This document shows positions 38,634-48,568 of a DNA stretch of 64,000 nucleotides, in pieces. The stretch is taken from NCBI GenBank assembly GCA_947478845.1, contig CANJXC010000007.1, positions 49,939 through 113,938 of the forward strand. Reading direction: 5' to 3'. Made by a program: the position numbers and the translations under genes. This stretch comes from Spirochaetales bacterium. Its GTDB lineage: Bacteria > Spirochaetota > Spirochaetia > JABEVK01. How positions within the stretch are numbered: the stretch's first letter is position 1; every line of letters begins with the position of its first letter. The notes beneath the pieces are model-generated. The model was not told where the DNA came from and did not search any database. It was given only the letters and a program-made list of their open reading frames with translations.

Positions 38634-40836
38634 TAAAAGTGACGCTGGCCTTCACGAAGTAGTCGATTTTCTGCGGCTCTGTTTGTGGAAGTTGGTCCTC
38701 CGGCAGTTCCCGGTACTGACGATAGAGCTTGGTGAGCCAGCTAGTCCCATATCGATCCATCATTTCTTGAAACAACCCGAGCTTAAAGAAAGGGTCCTCG
38801 ATTTCGGGTGAAGTGTTGTAATCTTTCTTCTGGGTAGGGCGCTTGAAATACTCCCGCCCAAGAGTCTTGATACCAGTGGCGACGAGTTTAGGGAAAACGA
38901 TGTTATCATCGACGGGAATGATCCAGGGATTCTTTTCTTTCCAGTGCTTAACCATGACTAGGCTGAAAATGTTCGTTGTAACTTCGCCGATTGCGTTCCA
39001 GGTCCACGATTGCTGGTAATTGTGCCCCATTTCATGCCAAAAGCCCCAAAGTTTCTGGGTTTTGGAGTTTGCAAGGTGGGAAAGTTGGTCGTCGTCATAG
39101 AAGTGAATCGGGTAACCCGAGTACATGTACGCTTGATAAGAGATCTCGATGTCTTTGAGGTAGCGCTCGGGGTTCCTCGGGGCTGTGTGTGGCAAGGCGG
39201 CAGTTGAGGAAAGACCCGCTAACTCCTTGTAAACGGAAAGGTTGTCGTCCCAAGTGGCCGTCAATACCTCCGGGTCGATCTTCGAAAGCGCTGAGACGGG
39301 TAAAGTGAAAATAACCTGATCGCTGGCAATTTCTCCCCACGGAGCTGCGCAGGAGGCCAACATGGCTTTCCATTCCTTGGCTGTCGTCTTGCCCCTTTGA
39401 AACCAAGGCGCTTGTACCGCGCCATTAAACGTCATTTCTCCCCGATAGCGAAAACTCCTTTTGTCGGGAATCAGATAAATCAGGCCGCCGAACGCACTGG
39501 TTACAGTGTTGACGCCAACATTCAGGGGAAAAATAACGACTAACATGGGGTCACGAGACCAAAGTAGGTTGGTCGACAACGTATCTGGATGGCTGCCTAT
39601 TTGAACTGAAAGACCCGCGAGTTCCAAGGGGACCGTGATTGTGACGGGCTGTCCGGAGGGAGCATACATTCCCGTGCTCTGCCAGTAGTCCCCGGTTTGG
39701 TTTTGGCGGAGGTAAGACAGATCTTCGGCTTGAAAATCGACAGCGAGCGGTGAACTCCCGGAGAATTGGGTCTTCCCTGGCAAAAGACTCCCTGGGAAGG
39801 CCGCCGAAGCTTGTACCAACTGGTTCGCGTCAGAGTGATCAGAAAGAAACAGCGAAAACTGGGCTGCCAGCTGCCCAGCAGTTGGAGTTATATCGAGTTC
39901 GGCTAGCGGGGTGAAGCTCGTCGCTGCTTTGCCAAACCCTTCGGCTAGCTTCCCCAGACCCGGTGGGTTTCTTGGCAGATCGCTAAGGACTGAGACGATG
40001 TTTTGTAGCGCCTTGGTTTGCAGAGCCAACAGGGCCTTCAGGTTTGCTGTGGCGTTAGGTGCCTTCAAGGCTTGGGCATACTGGAGCACCGGGTCCCAGT
40101 TTGGCTTCGGTGAGTTCCGGGTGTTGAGACCCTCTGGCCACTCTTCGCCCTCGTTTGAGAGACCCAAACCGAACTCGAAGAGGAGTTTCTGGACCCCTTT
40201 GCATTTCAGTCCTTTGGCCCCGCCGAAGATCCAACCTGGCATAGCTGCGAGGGCCCCTCCTCCCGCTCCCACATAGGCCTTGACCAGAGCCTGCTCTTCG
40301 TCGGTGGTATCTGCGGAAATCCAGGCGATGCGGCCACTTCCCTTCTTCAGGTCGGCCTCTTGAAACCTGCTTACATAAAACACCTCTACGGACAAGCCCT
40401 TGAGTTTCAACGTCATCTGACCTTTTTTTTCGGCCCCGTTTTGGACTAAAGTAACTTTCGAGAGTTGTTTCTTGTCTTCAAGGAAAGCCAACCACTGCAA
40501 GCTGTTGACCGCAAAAGTGTCGAGGTTTGACTGATCTATCTCTGCCATCCGACCCAGGTTGAAGAACGCATCGTGACCGGCAGCTAGAACGCGCCCTTTG
40601 CCAAAGAGGGAGGCCGAAACGCTTGGGCGGCCGTCTGGGCTTCCGAGCACCGCAAACGCTTCGGGCCCAAAGGTGTGCATGTAAGAAATATAGGCATCAC
40701 CGAAGCCTGACATATGGTCGATTCCCGCTACGAGCAGGCGCTGCACTCGGGTTGAATCATTCTCGGCGCTGAGGCTCGCCGCACCGATCACAAAGATCAA
40801 GCAGGATAGCAACATCCTCGATAAACTTCTTTCCAT
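38569..40836 (-). CDS. Secreted M60-like (enhancin-like) zinc metallopeptidase
   Basis: Signal peptide. HEMGHN...(13 aa)...E matches the M60-like HEXXHX(8-24)E signature (WGFWHEMGHNYQQSWTWNAIGE). 755 aa. Confidence 0.55.
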   Translation of the reverse strand: MERSLSRMLLSCLIFVIGAASLSAENDSTRVQRLLVAGIDHMSGFGDAYISYMHTFGPEAFAVLGSPDGRPSVSASLFGKGRVLAAGHDAFFNLGRMAEIDQSNLDTFAVNSLQWLAFLEDKKQLSKVTLVQNGAEKKGQMTLKLKGLSVEVFYVSRFQEADLKKGSGRIAWISADTTDEEQALVKAYVGAGGGALAAMPGWIFGGAKGLKCKGVQKLLFEFGLGLSNEGEEWPEGLNTRNSPKPNWDPVLQYAQALKAPNATANLKALLALQTKALQNIVSVLSDLPRNPPGLGKLAEGFGKAATSFTPLAELDITPTAGQLAAQFSLFLSDHSDANQLVQASAAFPGSLLPGKTQFSGSSPLAVDFQAEDLSYLRQNQTGDYWQSTGMYAPSGQPVTITVPLELAGLSVQIGSHPDTLSTNLLWSRDPMLVVIFPLNVGVNTVTSAFGGLIYLIPDKRSFRYRGEMTFNGAVQAPWFQRGKTTAKEWKAMLASCAAPWGEIASDQVIFTLPVSALSKIDPEVLTATWDDNLSVYKELAGLSSTAALPHTAPRNPERYLKDIEISYQAYMYSGYPIHFYDDDQLSHLANSKTQKLWGFWHEMGHNYQQSWTWNAIGEVTTNIFSLVMVKHWKEKNPWIIPVDDNIVFPKLVATGIKTLGREYFKRPTQKKDYNTSPEIEDPFFKLGLFQEMMDRYGTSWLTKLYRQYRELPEDQLPQTEPQKIDYFVKASVTFIGKKKEVLDLYDKWGLHYTAF

Positions 40837-40845
40837 TGGCTTCTC

Positions 40846-42180
40846 CTAGGTTTTCCAAATTGACTTAAGCGCTTCTTGAATGCGGCGGATCTTTCCGGGC
40901 TCTGGGACTACCACCTGATGAAAACCTAAGTCGTTGGCGGCTTTAACACGCCGGCGCAAATGGGTGGTGGGTCTCACTTCCCCGGCTAGGCTGAGTTCCC
41001 CGGCGCTTGCGACTCCAGAAGGCAAGGGTTGGCCGGTGCGCGCGGAGTACAGGGCCAAGGCTAGCGGGAGGTCGGCTCCCGGGTCGTTAATGCGCATGCC
41101 CCCGGCCACGTTCACGTATAAATCCTGCTCGCTGAACTTCAGTCCAGTATGTTTTTCCAGAATGGCCGCAATTCGGCTCACCCTGCCGGAGTCAATGCGG
41201 TCGCTGAAAACCCGGCTCATGCCGCCTTTGGCAGGAACCGTGAGCGCTTGCAACTCCACAAGAAGAGCCCGGCTACCCTCAAAGATAGGTGCCACCGAAA
41301 TTCCCGGTGGCAGTTCGCCTTCCCGTTGTATCAAAAAAATTGAGGCTGGGTTGGTCACTTCACTTAGGCCGTGTTCATCCATGGTGAAGAGCCCCACTTC
41401 GTCGACGCTACCAAAACGGTTTTTGGTGGCACGAAGAATGCGGATGTCGCCTGCCGCCTGCTCAAAATGAAGTACCGTGTCTACCATGTGTTCGATCACT
41501 TTGGGGCCGGCAATTTGCCCGCCCTTAGTCACATGCGCAATGAGGAAACTTGAGGTTTCATGTTCCTTGCACCAACTCAAAATTTCGTGGCAACCGTACT
41601 TGAGTTGGTTGACGGTACCAGGAACCTCCCCGGCATCGGGGTTGTAGAGGGTCTGAATGCTGTCGACGATCACGAGCACAGGTTTGATTTTCTCGAGCAC
41701 ATTGCTGATGACGGGCACGTGGGTTTCGACAAGGATCTCAAGGCCCTGGCGAGAAATGCCCAGCCGGTCGGCCCGCATTTTGATCTGAGCGGCCGACTCC
41801 TCACCGGTGATGTAGAGAACCCGGCCCGCCGTTTTTACCTTGGCTGCAAGCTGAAGCAGGAGTGTGGACTTGCCAATTCCCGGTTCACCGCCGATGAGCA
41901 CTGAGGCACCCCGGATGATGCCGCCACCGAGCACTTGGTTCACTTCGCTCAGGCCTGCGTCGATACGGATATCGGCTTGCGCTTCGAGGGAAGCCAGCGG
42001 GATGCTATGCCCGCCCGAAGTCGCACGCGGGTCTCCAGGAAGTGGTGCCGACTTTGGGGTGTTGGCAACCGCCTCTTCGCTAAAGCTGTTCCAAGTTCCG
42101 CATTGAGGACATCGGCCCAACCACTTCGATTCCTCGTGCTGGCAGGCGTTGCAAAGGTAAACGGTCTTTCTCTTGGCCAT
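40846..42180 (-). CDS. radA: DNA repair protein RadA/Sms
   Basis: N-terminal C4 zinc finger (CNACQ...CPQC), Walker A GEPGIGKST, KNRFG motif and a Lon-like C-terminal domain. Confidence 0.9.
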   Translation of the reverse strand: MAKRKTVYLCNACQHEESKWLGRCPQCGTWNSFSEEAVANTPKSAPLPGDPRATSGGHSIPLASLEAQADIRIDAGLSEVNQVLGGGIIRGASVLIGGEPGIGKSTLLLQLAAKVKTAGRVLYITGEESAAQIKMRADRLGISRQGLEILVETHVPVISNVLEKIKPVLVIVDSIQTLYNPDAGEVPGTVNQLKYGCHEILSWCKEHETSSFLIAHVTKGGQIAGPKVIEHMVDTVLHFEQAAGDIRILRATKNRFGSVDEVGLFTMDEHGLSEVTNPASIFLIQREGELPPGISVAPIFEGSRALLVELQALTVPAKGGMSRVFSDRIDSGRVSRIAAILEKHTGLKFSEQDLYVNVAGGMRINDPGADLPLALALYSARTGQPLPSGVASAGELSLAGEVRPTTHLRRRVKAANDLGFHQVVVPEPGKIRRIQEALKSIWKT

Positions 42181-42232
42181 GGGTCAGTCCTTATCGAGTG
42201 TATCAAGACTCAAGTTACGACGTTTCCTCGCT

Positions 42233-44035
42233 TCAGGACAGAGCTTCGAGAGTTTCCCACCGAGCGTACGCGGCAAGAAGTTCAGCTTCTGCAGCGGCCA
42301 GACGCGCCGTGATTTCGGTGACCCCAGCCCCGGCTGCCTTGTAAAAGTCGGGCGCGGCCATGCGGTCGTGAAGCGCCGAAGTTTCGGCTTCCAAGGCCTC
42401 CAGGCGCGCGGGGAGGGCTTCAAGCTCTCTTTCTTCTTTAAAGGTCCGCTTCCGCGGTTTGTCTGCTATCGCCAGCCCACCAGTCCCGAGGCGAGCCTCA
42501 ACAGTTTTTAGGTCCTTCGAGGTCTGTCCCTCCTGCGCTTTTTTGCGAACTTGCCAGGCGGCCCACTCGGTAAACCCTCCCGGAGTTTCGTCGAGGGTTG
42601 TGTCGGGGTTGAAGCTCCAGGTACTGGTCACCACGTTGTCGAGAAACTCCCGGTCGTGACTCACAAGGAAGATGGTGCCGCGATAGTCCAAAAGAAGCTC
42701 TTCCAGCAGATCAAGGGTCTCCGCATCAAGGTCGTTGGTGGGTTCATCGAGCACCAGCACATTGCTCGGTCGGGTAAATAGCTTTGCCAAAAGCAGGCGA
42801 TTGCGCTCCCCACCTGAGAGGATGCTTGCGTTTGCCCTGGCGCGTTCGGGGCTGAAAAGGAAACGCTCAAGATAGCCGAGAATATGCTGGGACTTCCCGC
42901 CAACCTCCACTGTGTCGTAACCGCCACCGACGTTTTCCTGCACCGACTTGGTCAGGTCGAGCTGACTCCGCAATTGGTCGAAGTACAGCACCTGCAGGTT
43001 TGTGCCGCGGTGCAGGTGGCCGTGAGAGGGTTGAAGGTCGCCAAACAAAAGACGCAGCAGCGTGGTCTTACCGGTGCCGTTGCGCCCAATGATGCCAATT
43101 CGCTCCCGGCGCATCACCGTGCGGGTAAAGTCGCGCAGCACCTGACACCCCGGGTAAGTGAAACCCAAGTGCCGTGCCTCAAACACCAAATCGCCCGAGC
43201 GTTCCGCGTCTTGAAGGGCCATGCGAGCGGTACCGGTTTTGTGACGACGGTCGTCCATCTCTTGGCGCATTTTCTGCAGGGCTTTCACCCGACCCTCGTT
43301 GCGCTTGAGGCGGGCCTTGACTCCCCTGCGCACCCAGCGTTCTTCGGCAGCGAGTTTCTTCTCGAACTCCTCCCAACGGCGATCTTCAGCCTCGATCACG
43401 GCTTCGCGGCGTTCCAGAAAAGCATCCCAACCGCAGGCAAATGCGATCAGCCGGCCCCGGTCTACCTCGGCGACGCGGGTCGCCACGCGGCGAGCGAACT
43501 GGCGGTCATGGGTAACAAACACCACAGCACCGCGAAACACAACCAGAGCGTCCTCGAGCCAAGCGATGGTTTCGATGTCGAGGTGGTTGGTCGGCTCGTC
43601 TAGGAGCAGTAGATTTGGCTCGCAGGCCAGCGCGCCGGCTAGGGCCGCGCGGCGCTTGTTGCCGCCCGAAAGGCTTGTGAAGTCGCCCTCTGGGTCAACT
43701 CCGAGTTTGCTAAGGTACTGCCTTGCCTTGTGTTCCTGTTCCCAAGGCTCGTCCGAGGTGGGAAAGGCTTCGAGGGCGGCCTCGAGAGCAGACTTGCCGG
43801 GGGCTTCGGGGAGTTCCTGATCTAAGGCTGCAAGCCGAAGCCCCTGCTGCCGGCTAATTTCGCCCTTGTCGAGGGTTAGAAAACCCTGCATGAGGCGGAT
43901 CAATGTTGATTTTCCCGCCCCATTGCGGCCAACCAGACAAAGCCTGTCGCCGGCTTCGAGCTGAAGCGAGGCCCCGGCAAATAACGGGAGGCCCCCGATA
44001 GTGTAGTGAATGTCTTGTAGACCGATCAGTGCCAC
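42233..44035 (-). CDS. ABC-F family ATPase (Uup-like, with a C-terminal coiled coil)
   Basis: Two nucleotide-binding domains (GRNGAGKST; GRNGTGKTT), an inter-domain linker and a C-terminal helical extension. Confidence 0.85.
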   Translation of the reverse strand: MALIGLQDIHYTIGGLPLFAGASLQLEAGDRLCLVGRNGAGKSTLIRLMQGFLTLDKGEISRQQGLRLAALDQELPEAPGKSALEAALEAFPTSDEPWEQEHKARQYLSKLGVDPEGDFTSLSGGNKRRAALAGALACEPNLLLLDEPTNHLDIETIAWLEDALVVFRGAVVFVTHDRQFARRVATRVAEVDRGRLIAFACGWDAFLERREAVIEAEDRRWEEFEKKLAAEERWVRRGVKARLKRNEGRVKALQKMRQEMDDRRHKTGTARMALQDAERSGDLVFEARHLGFTYPGCQVLRDFTRTVMRRERIGIIGRNGTGKTTLLRLLFGDLQPSHGHLHRGTNLQVLYFDQLRSQLDLTKSVQENVGGGYDTVEVGGKSQHILGYLERFLFSPERARANASILSGGERNRLLLAKLFTRPSNVLVLDEPTNDLDAETLDLLEELLLDYRGTIFLVSHDREFLDNVVTSTWSFNPDTTLDETPGGFTEWAAWQVRKKAQEGQTSKDLKTVEARLGTGGLAIADKPRKRTFKEERELEALPARLEALEAETSALHDRMAAPDFYKAAGAGVTEITARLAAAEAELLAAYARWETLEALS

Positions 44036-44065
44036 AGAGCCCCCAGAATACTGGCCCTGAGTATA

Positions 44066-44599
44066 TCAGATCACCCAAACCTCGAAACGGTCGCCCTTGT
44101 CGTGGTCGAGGTACTCAAAAACCTTCCCGGTTTCGCCCGATTCCAAGCTGCGGAAAAGTGCTTCATAATCGATCTGTTGAATGGGGTGGACGATCATCGG
44201 GGGCTTGGACATAAGCAGAGGTTTGAGTGCGGTGAAAATTTTGAGAGGAATGGTGACCTGATAGCGCTCCATGCTGGTGTCGAGCACAAGTACTTTGAGC
44301 ACCACATTCTGCGGGCCTAGGCCCAAGCCATCCTTGACGGTTTGGCTGGCAAAACCGAACAGTTGTTCAAAGCCCTTGGTAAAGGTTTTGCCGGCCTCTT
44401 CAACCATACGAAGAAGGTCGGCACTGGGGTCGGCATGTTCCTCTTTGGGAAGATCGCGGGACCCTTCGTGATTTGACCCGTGGGGTCCTTCTTTCGGCGG
44501 ATTTTGCTGCAACTCCTGGATAAGGCGCTGACCTTGCTCGGCAGTCAGAAAGCCTTCCTGCACCATTTTGAGAATTTTGAGAGTGGGGTCAGAGTCCAT
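44066..44599 (-). CDS. Hypothetical protein with an N-terminal SHOCT/YvlB-like helical motif
   Basis: ILKMVQEGFLTAEQGQRLIQEL resembles the N-terminal motif of YvlB/LiaG-type proteins. Immediately downstream of rex, with a 2-nt gap. Confidence 0.4.
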   Translation of the reverse strand: MDSDPTLKILKMVQEGFLTAEQGQRLIQELQQNPPKEGPHGSNHEGSRDLPKEEHADPSADLLRMVEEAGKTFTKGFEQLFGFASQTVKDGLGLGPQNVVLKVLVLDTSMERYQVTIPLKIFTALKPLLMSKPPMIVHPIQQIDYEALFRSLESGETGKVFEYLDHDKGDRFEVWVI

Positions 44600-44601
44600 G
44601 A

Positions 44602-45237
44602 TTAAGCTCCGCTGAGGCCGTTGCGAATCACCTGAAAAAACAGATTTTCAATTTCGACCCCGATGTTGATGTTATGAATAATACAATTCGGGGTGGTTTT
44701 CAATTCGACCGGTGTAAAGTTCAAGATACCTCGGATGCCGGAGTCCTTGAGCAACTTGTGACTTTCGGTAGCGACCTCTTCGGGAACCGCCAGAATGGCC
44801 ACCTGGATGCTATTGGCGTTGCAGAAGGCCGCCAACTCCTCGATGGGGTAAACCTTGAGAGAAAGCGACTCGGGCAACCCGACTGGGCGGACGTCGAACC
44901 CAGCGGCAACCTCAAAGTCTCCCTGTAAAAACCCCTTATACTGAGCAATGGCCGTACCAATCTTGCCCATGCCCAAAATGATGATCTTTTGTTCATTGGT
45001 TTTGCCTAAAATCAGTCCCAGTTGCTCCGAAAGGTAGTCGATGTTGTAGCCACCGCGTTTGTTGCCACCAAGCACTAACAATGAAAAGTCCTTGCGAACT
45101 AGTGCCGGGGCTACTCCAATCGCATCGCCTAGGTTGTTCGAGAACACCTTTTCAAAACCGAGGCTTTTTAGCTGGGTGAGAATGCGCCTATACTTCAATA
45201 GACGAATGACTAGTTCTTTATTAAGGGTTCCACGCAT
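44602..45237 (-). CDS. rex: Redox-sensing transcriptional repressor Rex
   Basis: Winged-helix region with VRKDFS. Rossmann motif ILGMGKIGTA. C-terminal GIRGILNFTPV. 211 aa. Confidence 0.85.
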   Translation of the reverse strand: MRGTLNKELVIRLLKYRRILTQLKSLGFEKVFSNNLGDAIGVAPALVRKDFSLLVLGGNKRGGYNIDYLSEQLGLILGKTNEQKIIILGMGKIGTAIAQYKGFLQGDFEVAAGFDVRPVGLPESLSLKVYPIEELAAFCNANSIQVAILAVPEEVATESHKLLKDSGIRGILNFTPVELKTTPNCIIHNINIGVEIENLFFQVIRNGLSGA

Positions 45238-45241
45238 TTTA

Positions 45242-45259
45242 TTGTACTAAGTTTCACAA
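45242..45259. promoter_or_regulatory. Putative Rex autoregulatory operator within the rex leader
   Basis: TTGTACT-AAGT-TTCACAA has one perfect half-site and one 4/7 half-site. It overlaps the predicted transcription start region downstream of a minus-strand promoter (TTGCCA-17-TACATT at 45271-45299). Confidence 0.45.
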
Positions 45260-45306
45260 AAACTTCTCTTAATGTAGGCGAGTTTCTTGCGTTTGGCAAG
45301 CAGTAT

Positions 45307-45951
45307 TTGTCAGAACGAACCAAGCCTGCTAGGATGGCCACCGGGGAAGAGGTGGTTCGAGTGCAGACCCGGTACACAGATTGCCTAGTCGTCTACCTCT
45401 GTCTTGCGGTGTCGAGCTTCGCTGTCGAGGCACCGTCCCTGGTGCTGAATCCTTTTGTGATGGCTCCGCCCGCCCTAACGGCTCTTGAACGGGCAAAGTT
45501 CTTGCTTTTTCAGAATCCAACCCTGAGTCCAGGTTTTTCGCTGAACATGGCCCTTCTCTACGAGGAGGAGGCGTCGGCAGAGAACGTGAGTCCTGACATC
45601 GCCTTTGCCCAGATGTGTCTGGAAACTTCTTACCTCAGGTTTGGAAATCAGGTGCGGTCGGGACAATACAATTTTGCCGGACTAGGAGCTGTTGATGGAG
45701 GAACGAACGCTCTTACCTTTGGATCTCCCCGAGAAGGCGTAAGGGCTCAGGTACAACACCTGAAATACTATGCCTCGACCCTCCCCTTGCAAAGTCCTCC
45801 TGTCAATCCGCGCCTTGTGTATGTTAGCCGGGGCATTGCCCCCACCGTGTGGCAATTGGCGGGAACTTGGGCCAGCGATGTCGACTACGGAAAAAAACTG
45901 CTCGCGGTCTTGCAAAGGATGCTCGGCTACGCGCGCACCCCAACTCGCTGA
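45307..45951 (+). CDS. Glucosaminidase-domain protein (GH73-like peptidoglycan hydrolase), membrane-anchored
   Basis: AQMCLETSYLRFG...YNFAGLG...SPREGVRAQVQHLKYY resembles the glucosaminidase (FlgJ/AcmA-type) domain. An N-terminal hydrophobic segment is present. Confidence 0.45.
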   Translation: MSERTKPARMATGEEVVRVQTRYTDCLVVYLCLAVSSFAVEAPSLVLNPFVMAPPALTALERAKFLLFQNPTLSPGFSLNMALLYEEEASAENVSPDIAFAQMCLETSYLRFGNQVRSGQYNFAGLGAVDGGTNALTFGSPREGVRAQVQHLKYYASTLPLQSPPVNPRLVYVSRGIAPTVWQLAGTWASDVDYGKKLLAVLQRMLGYARTPTR

Positions 45952-46690
45952 ACGATTGGAAGCGCTGTATAGGCGCTGGCATCAACCCCAGCATTTGGGG
46001 AGTGATCCTTTGGTTTTGGTACGGGAAATCAAGACTGTGGCCGACCGCGAAGTGGCGGCGTTGGTCGTGTCGGCCCTCGCCTTGGGGCGAGCCTCTCTCA
46101 TCATCCCCGCAGCAAGATCCGTGTTGGCCACGTTGGGTACGTCGATCGCTGAGCGTGTGAGGGAAACAGCACCGGGCGGTTGGCGGGCAAAACTGGCGGG
46201 ATTCCGGTACCGATTTTTCTCGGGAAACCAAGTGTCCTGCTTGCTCGACGGCGTGGGCGAGGTGCTCCGAGAGCACGGTAGTCTCGAAGCCGCCTATGGT
46301 CGCGGAGCAAGGGGTTGGGAAGGCCTGCGAGCCTTCGCGGCACTTTTCACCGCCAAGGAACGCGACCTTGGCATCTTGGTGCCGGTAGAAGGTTCCACGG
46401 GCGCCTTCAAACGGCTCAATTTGTTCTTACGCTGGATGGTCCGCCAAGATTCCATCGATCCGGGTGGTTGGAGCGTCTTGGAGCCTTCAGGTTTGTTCAT
46501 GCCCATCGACACACACGTGTTGCAGTGGGCACGTCTCGAGGGTCTGACCCAAAGGGCTTCGGCCGACCGGAACTCCTGCCAAGCTATTACCGACGTTCTT
46601 CGCGAGCTCTGCCCGGAGGATCCGCTGCGCTACGATTTCGCCATCACACGGCAAGGTATGGAAAACAAAAAGACCCTGCCCTCTTTTTGA
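45878..46690 (+). CDS. Conserved hypothetical protein (possibly DUF2400/TIGR02757 family)
   Basis: Coding-like ORF. The start is uncertain: ATG at 45878 overlaps the upstream gene, and an alternative TTG lies at 45956. The family assignment is from memory only. Confidence 0.35.
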   Translation: MSTTEKNCSRSCKGCSATRAPQLAERLEALYRRWHQPQHLGSDPLVLVREIKTVADREVAALVVSALALGRASLIIPAARSVLATLGTSIAERVRETAPGGWRAKLAGFRYRFFSGNQVSCLLDGVGEVLREHGSLEAAYGRGARGWEGLRAFAALFTAKERDLGILVPVEGSTGAFKRLNLFLRWMVRQDSIDPGGWSVLEPSGLFMPIDTHVLQWARLEGLTQRASADRNSCQAITDVLRELCPEDPLRYDFAITRQGMENKKTLPSF

Positions 46691-46748
46691 CTGGACGATC
46701 GCCAAGCGAACTCCTATAATTCTCCTCAGACGCCATATTGGAGGAATT

Positions 46749-46913
46749 ATGCATAAGTACGTTTGTGATGTTTGTGGATACATCTACGACCCTGAAGTAG
46801 GAGACCCGGACAACGATATTGCGGCGGGTACCTCGTTTGAAGCTCTGACCGACGACTGGGTGTGCCCGATGTGTGGTGCTTCCAAGGACGACTTCTCCCT
46901 TAGCGACGAATAA
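46749..46913 (+). CDS. Rubredoxin (54 aa; below the ORF-track length cutoff)
   Basis: [54 protein letters not shown] carries both CxxCG iron-binding knuckles. GGAGGA RBS. A TATAAT -10 box lies at 46725-46730. Confidence 0.85.
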   Translation: MHKYVCDVCGYIYDPEVGDPDNDIAAGTSFEALTDDWVCPMCGASKDDFSLSDE

Positions 46914-46920
46914 GCCACAA

Positions 46921-46963
46921 ATCGCAAAAAAAGAGTCCGAACCTGGAAGAGGGTCGGACTCTT
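46921..46963. terminator. Bidirectional intrinsic terminator between the rubredoxin gene (+) and aroC (-)
   Basis: A7-GAGTCCGA-(loop)-TCGGACTC-T7: a perfect 8-bp stem flanked by an A-tract and a T-tract. Confidence 0.65.
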
Positions 46964-46971
46964 TTTTTGCC

Positions 46972-48042
46972 TTAGGTGAACAGCGAGGCCTGCCGTTTGT
47001 AGTGGTCTTCTAGAACGATGGCGGCCATCGCCTCGACGACCGGCACCAAGCGGGGGCAGATGCACGGGTCGTGGCGACCTACGGTGCTAATTTCCATCTC
47101 GGTACCCTTGGTGTCGATGGTATGTTGTACCTTGCTAATGGAGCTGGTGGGCTTTACGGCGACTCGGAAGACAATATCCTCACCGTTGCTGATGCCCCCT
47201 ACGATGCCCCCCGCATTGTTGGAACGGAAACCGTCCTTGTCCATTTCGTCGTTATGCTCGCTGCCATGCAGGTCGACACAGCCAAACCCCAGACCCACTT
47301 CAAAGCCTTTTACCGCACCGAGGCTCATCATGGCTTTGGCTAGGTCGGCCTCGAGCTTGTCGAACACCGGTTCGCCAAGGCCGGCCATCACACCTGTAAT
47401 GCGACACTCAACAATACCTCCCACGCTGTCGCCATCCTTGGCAAGTTGTTCGATGACGGGTACCATTTTGGCGGCCGCTGCGAGGTCGGCAGCCCGCATG
47501 GGGTTCTTCTCGATCACCGAGTAGTCCACCGTTTGGCAACTGATTCCCGCGCACCGCTGGGTCCACGCTACGATGGTGACGCCTCTTTGGGCTAGCAGCT
47601 TTTTAGCCACAGCACCCGCTGCCACCCTAGCCGCCGTTTCGCGGCCCGAGGCTCGCCCGGAGCCCCGGTAATCTCTCATTCCGTACTTTTTCAAGTAGGT
47701 GAAGTCGGCGTGTCCGGGGCGGAACATGTCTTTGATGTCGTCGTAGGCGCTCGATTGCGCATCTTTGTTGTATAAAATCATCAGGATGGGCGTACCAGTG
47801 GTCTTACCTTCGAAAATGCCACTCATCAGGTGAATGGTATCGGGTTCCTGCCTGGGGGTGGTAACCGAGCTTTGGCCGGGCTTGCGGCGGTCAAGCTCCT
47901 TTTGAATATCTGACTCAGTGAGTTCGAGGCCCGGAGGCGCCCCGTCGAGGACGACGCCTACTGCACCACCATGAGATTCGCCAAAAGTACTGAGTTTATA
48001 GAGGTGTCCGAAACTGCTGCCGGGCATGGAGTTCTCCTTCAA
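46972..48042 (-). CDS. aroC: Chorismate synthase
   Basis: Canonical N-terminus FGHLYKLSTFGESHG. The start is probably MPGSSF at 48027. Confidence 0.9.
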   Translation of the reverse strand: MKENSMPGSSFGHLYKLSTFGESHGGAVGVVLDGAPPGLELTESDIQKELDRRKPGQSSVTTPRQEPDTIHLMSGIFEGKTTGTPILMILYNKDAQSSAYDDIKDMFRPGHADFTYLKKYGMRDYRGSGRASGRETAARVAAGAVAKKLLAQRGVTIVAWTQRCAGISCQTVDYSVIEKNPMRAADLAAAAKMVPVIEQLAKDGDSVGGIVECRITGVMAGLGEPVFDKLEADLAKAMMSLGAVKGFEVGLGFGCVDLHGSEHNDEMDKDGFRSNNAGGIVGGISNGEDIVFRVAVKPTSSISKVQHTIDTKGTEMEISTVGRHDPCICPRLVPVVEAMAAIVLEDHYKRQASLFT

Positions 48043-48559
48043 GGGTTTGCAAAAGTTTTGTCAGGGCGACTTCGATGGTCGACCCTCCGAGGGTGACGCG
48101 GTTGGTGGTTAAGGTTTCCATGAGGGCCATCCGTTCCTGATAAAGGCGCTGGAAATCTTCCCAGGGGTTTTGCTTCGAAAGGAAGGCCGGAAGCCCGCCG
48201 CGAACAATGCGCTCAAACAGGAGTTCGGATCGCTCTTCCAGCAGCACCAAGACCCCGTAGTTCCGTAGAGCCTGTACTGCAGCAGGATTTGTAGCCGTCC
48301 CACCACCCCACGCGAGAACAAAGGACCCCTTTTCCAGAAGCGGTACCACCTTCAAAGCGGCCCGAGCTTCGTAGGCCTGAAAAGTCTCTTGACCAAGTTC
48401 GCGGTAGATTTCGCGCGCACTGAGCCTGTGCGTTCCCGGGTGCTCCTTTTCCAACAGGTAATCCAGATCGGCGAAGTCCCAACCGAGTCTTCGGGCCGCC
48501 AAGGCACCGAGTGTGCTCTTGCCACTGTGTTTCATGCCCAGGATTTGGAGCGCTGCCAC
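47996..48559 (-). CDS. aroK: Shikimate kinase
   Basis: Walker A GMKHSGKST. About 187 aa. The 3' end overlaps the aroC start. Confidence 0.8.
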   Translation of the reverse strand: MAALQILGMKHSGKSTLGALAARRLGWDFADLDYLLEKEHPGTHRLSAREIYRELGQETFQAYEARAALKVVPLLEKGSFVLAWGGGTATNPAAVQALRNYGVLVLLEERSELLFERIVRGGLPAFLSKQNPWEDFQRLYQERMALMETLTTNRVTLGGSTIEVALTKLLQTLEGELHARQQFRTPL

Positions 48560-48568
48560 GGCGATTTC

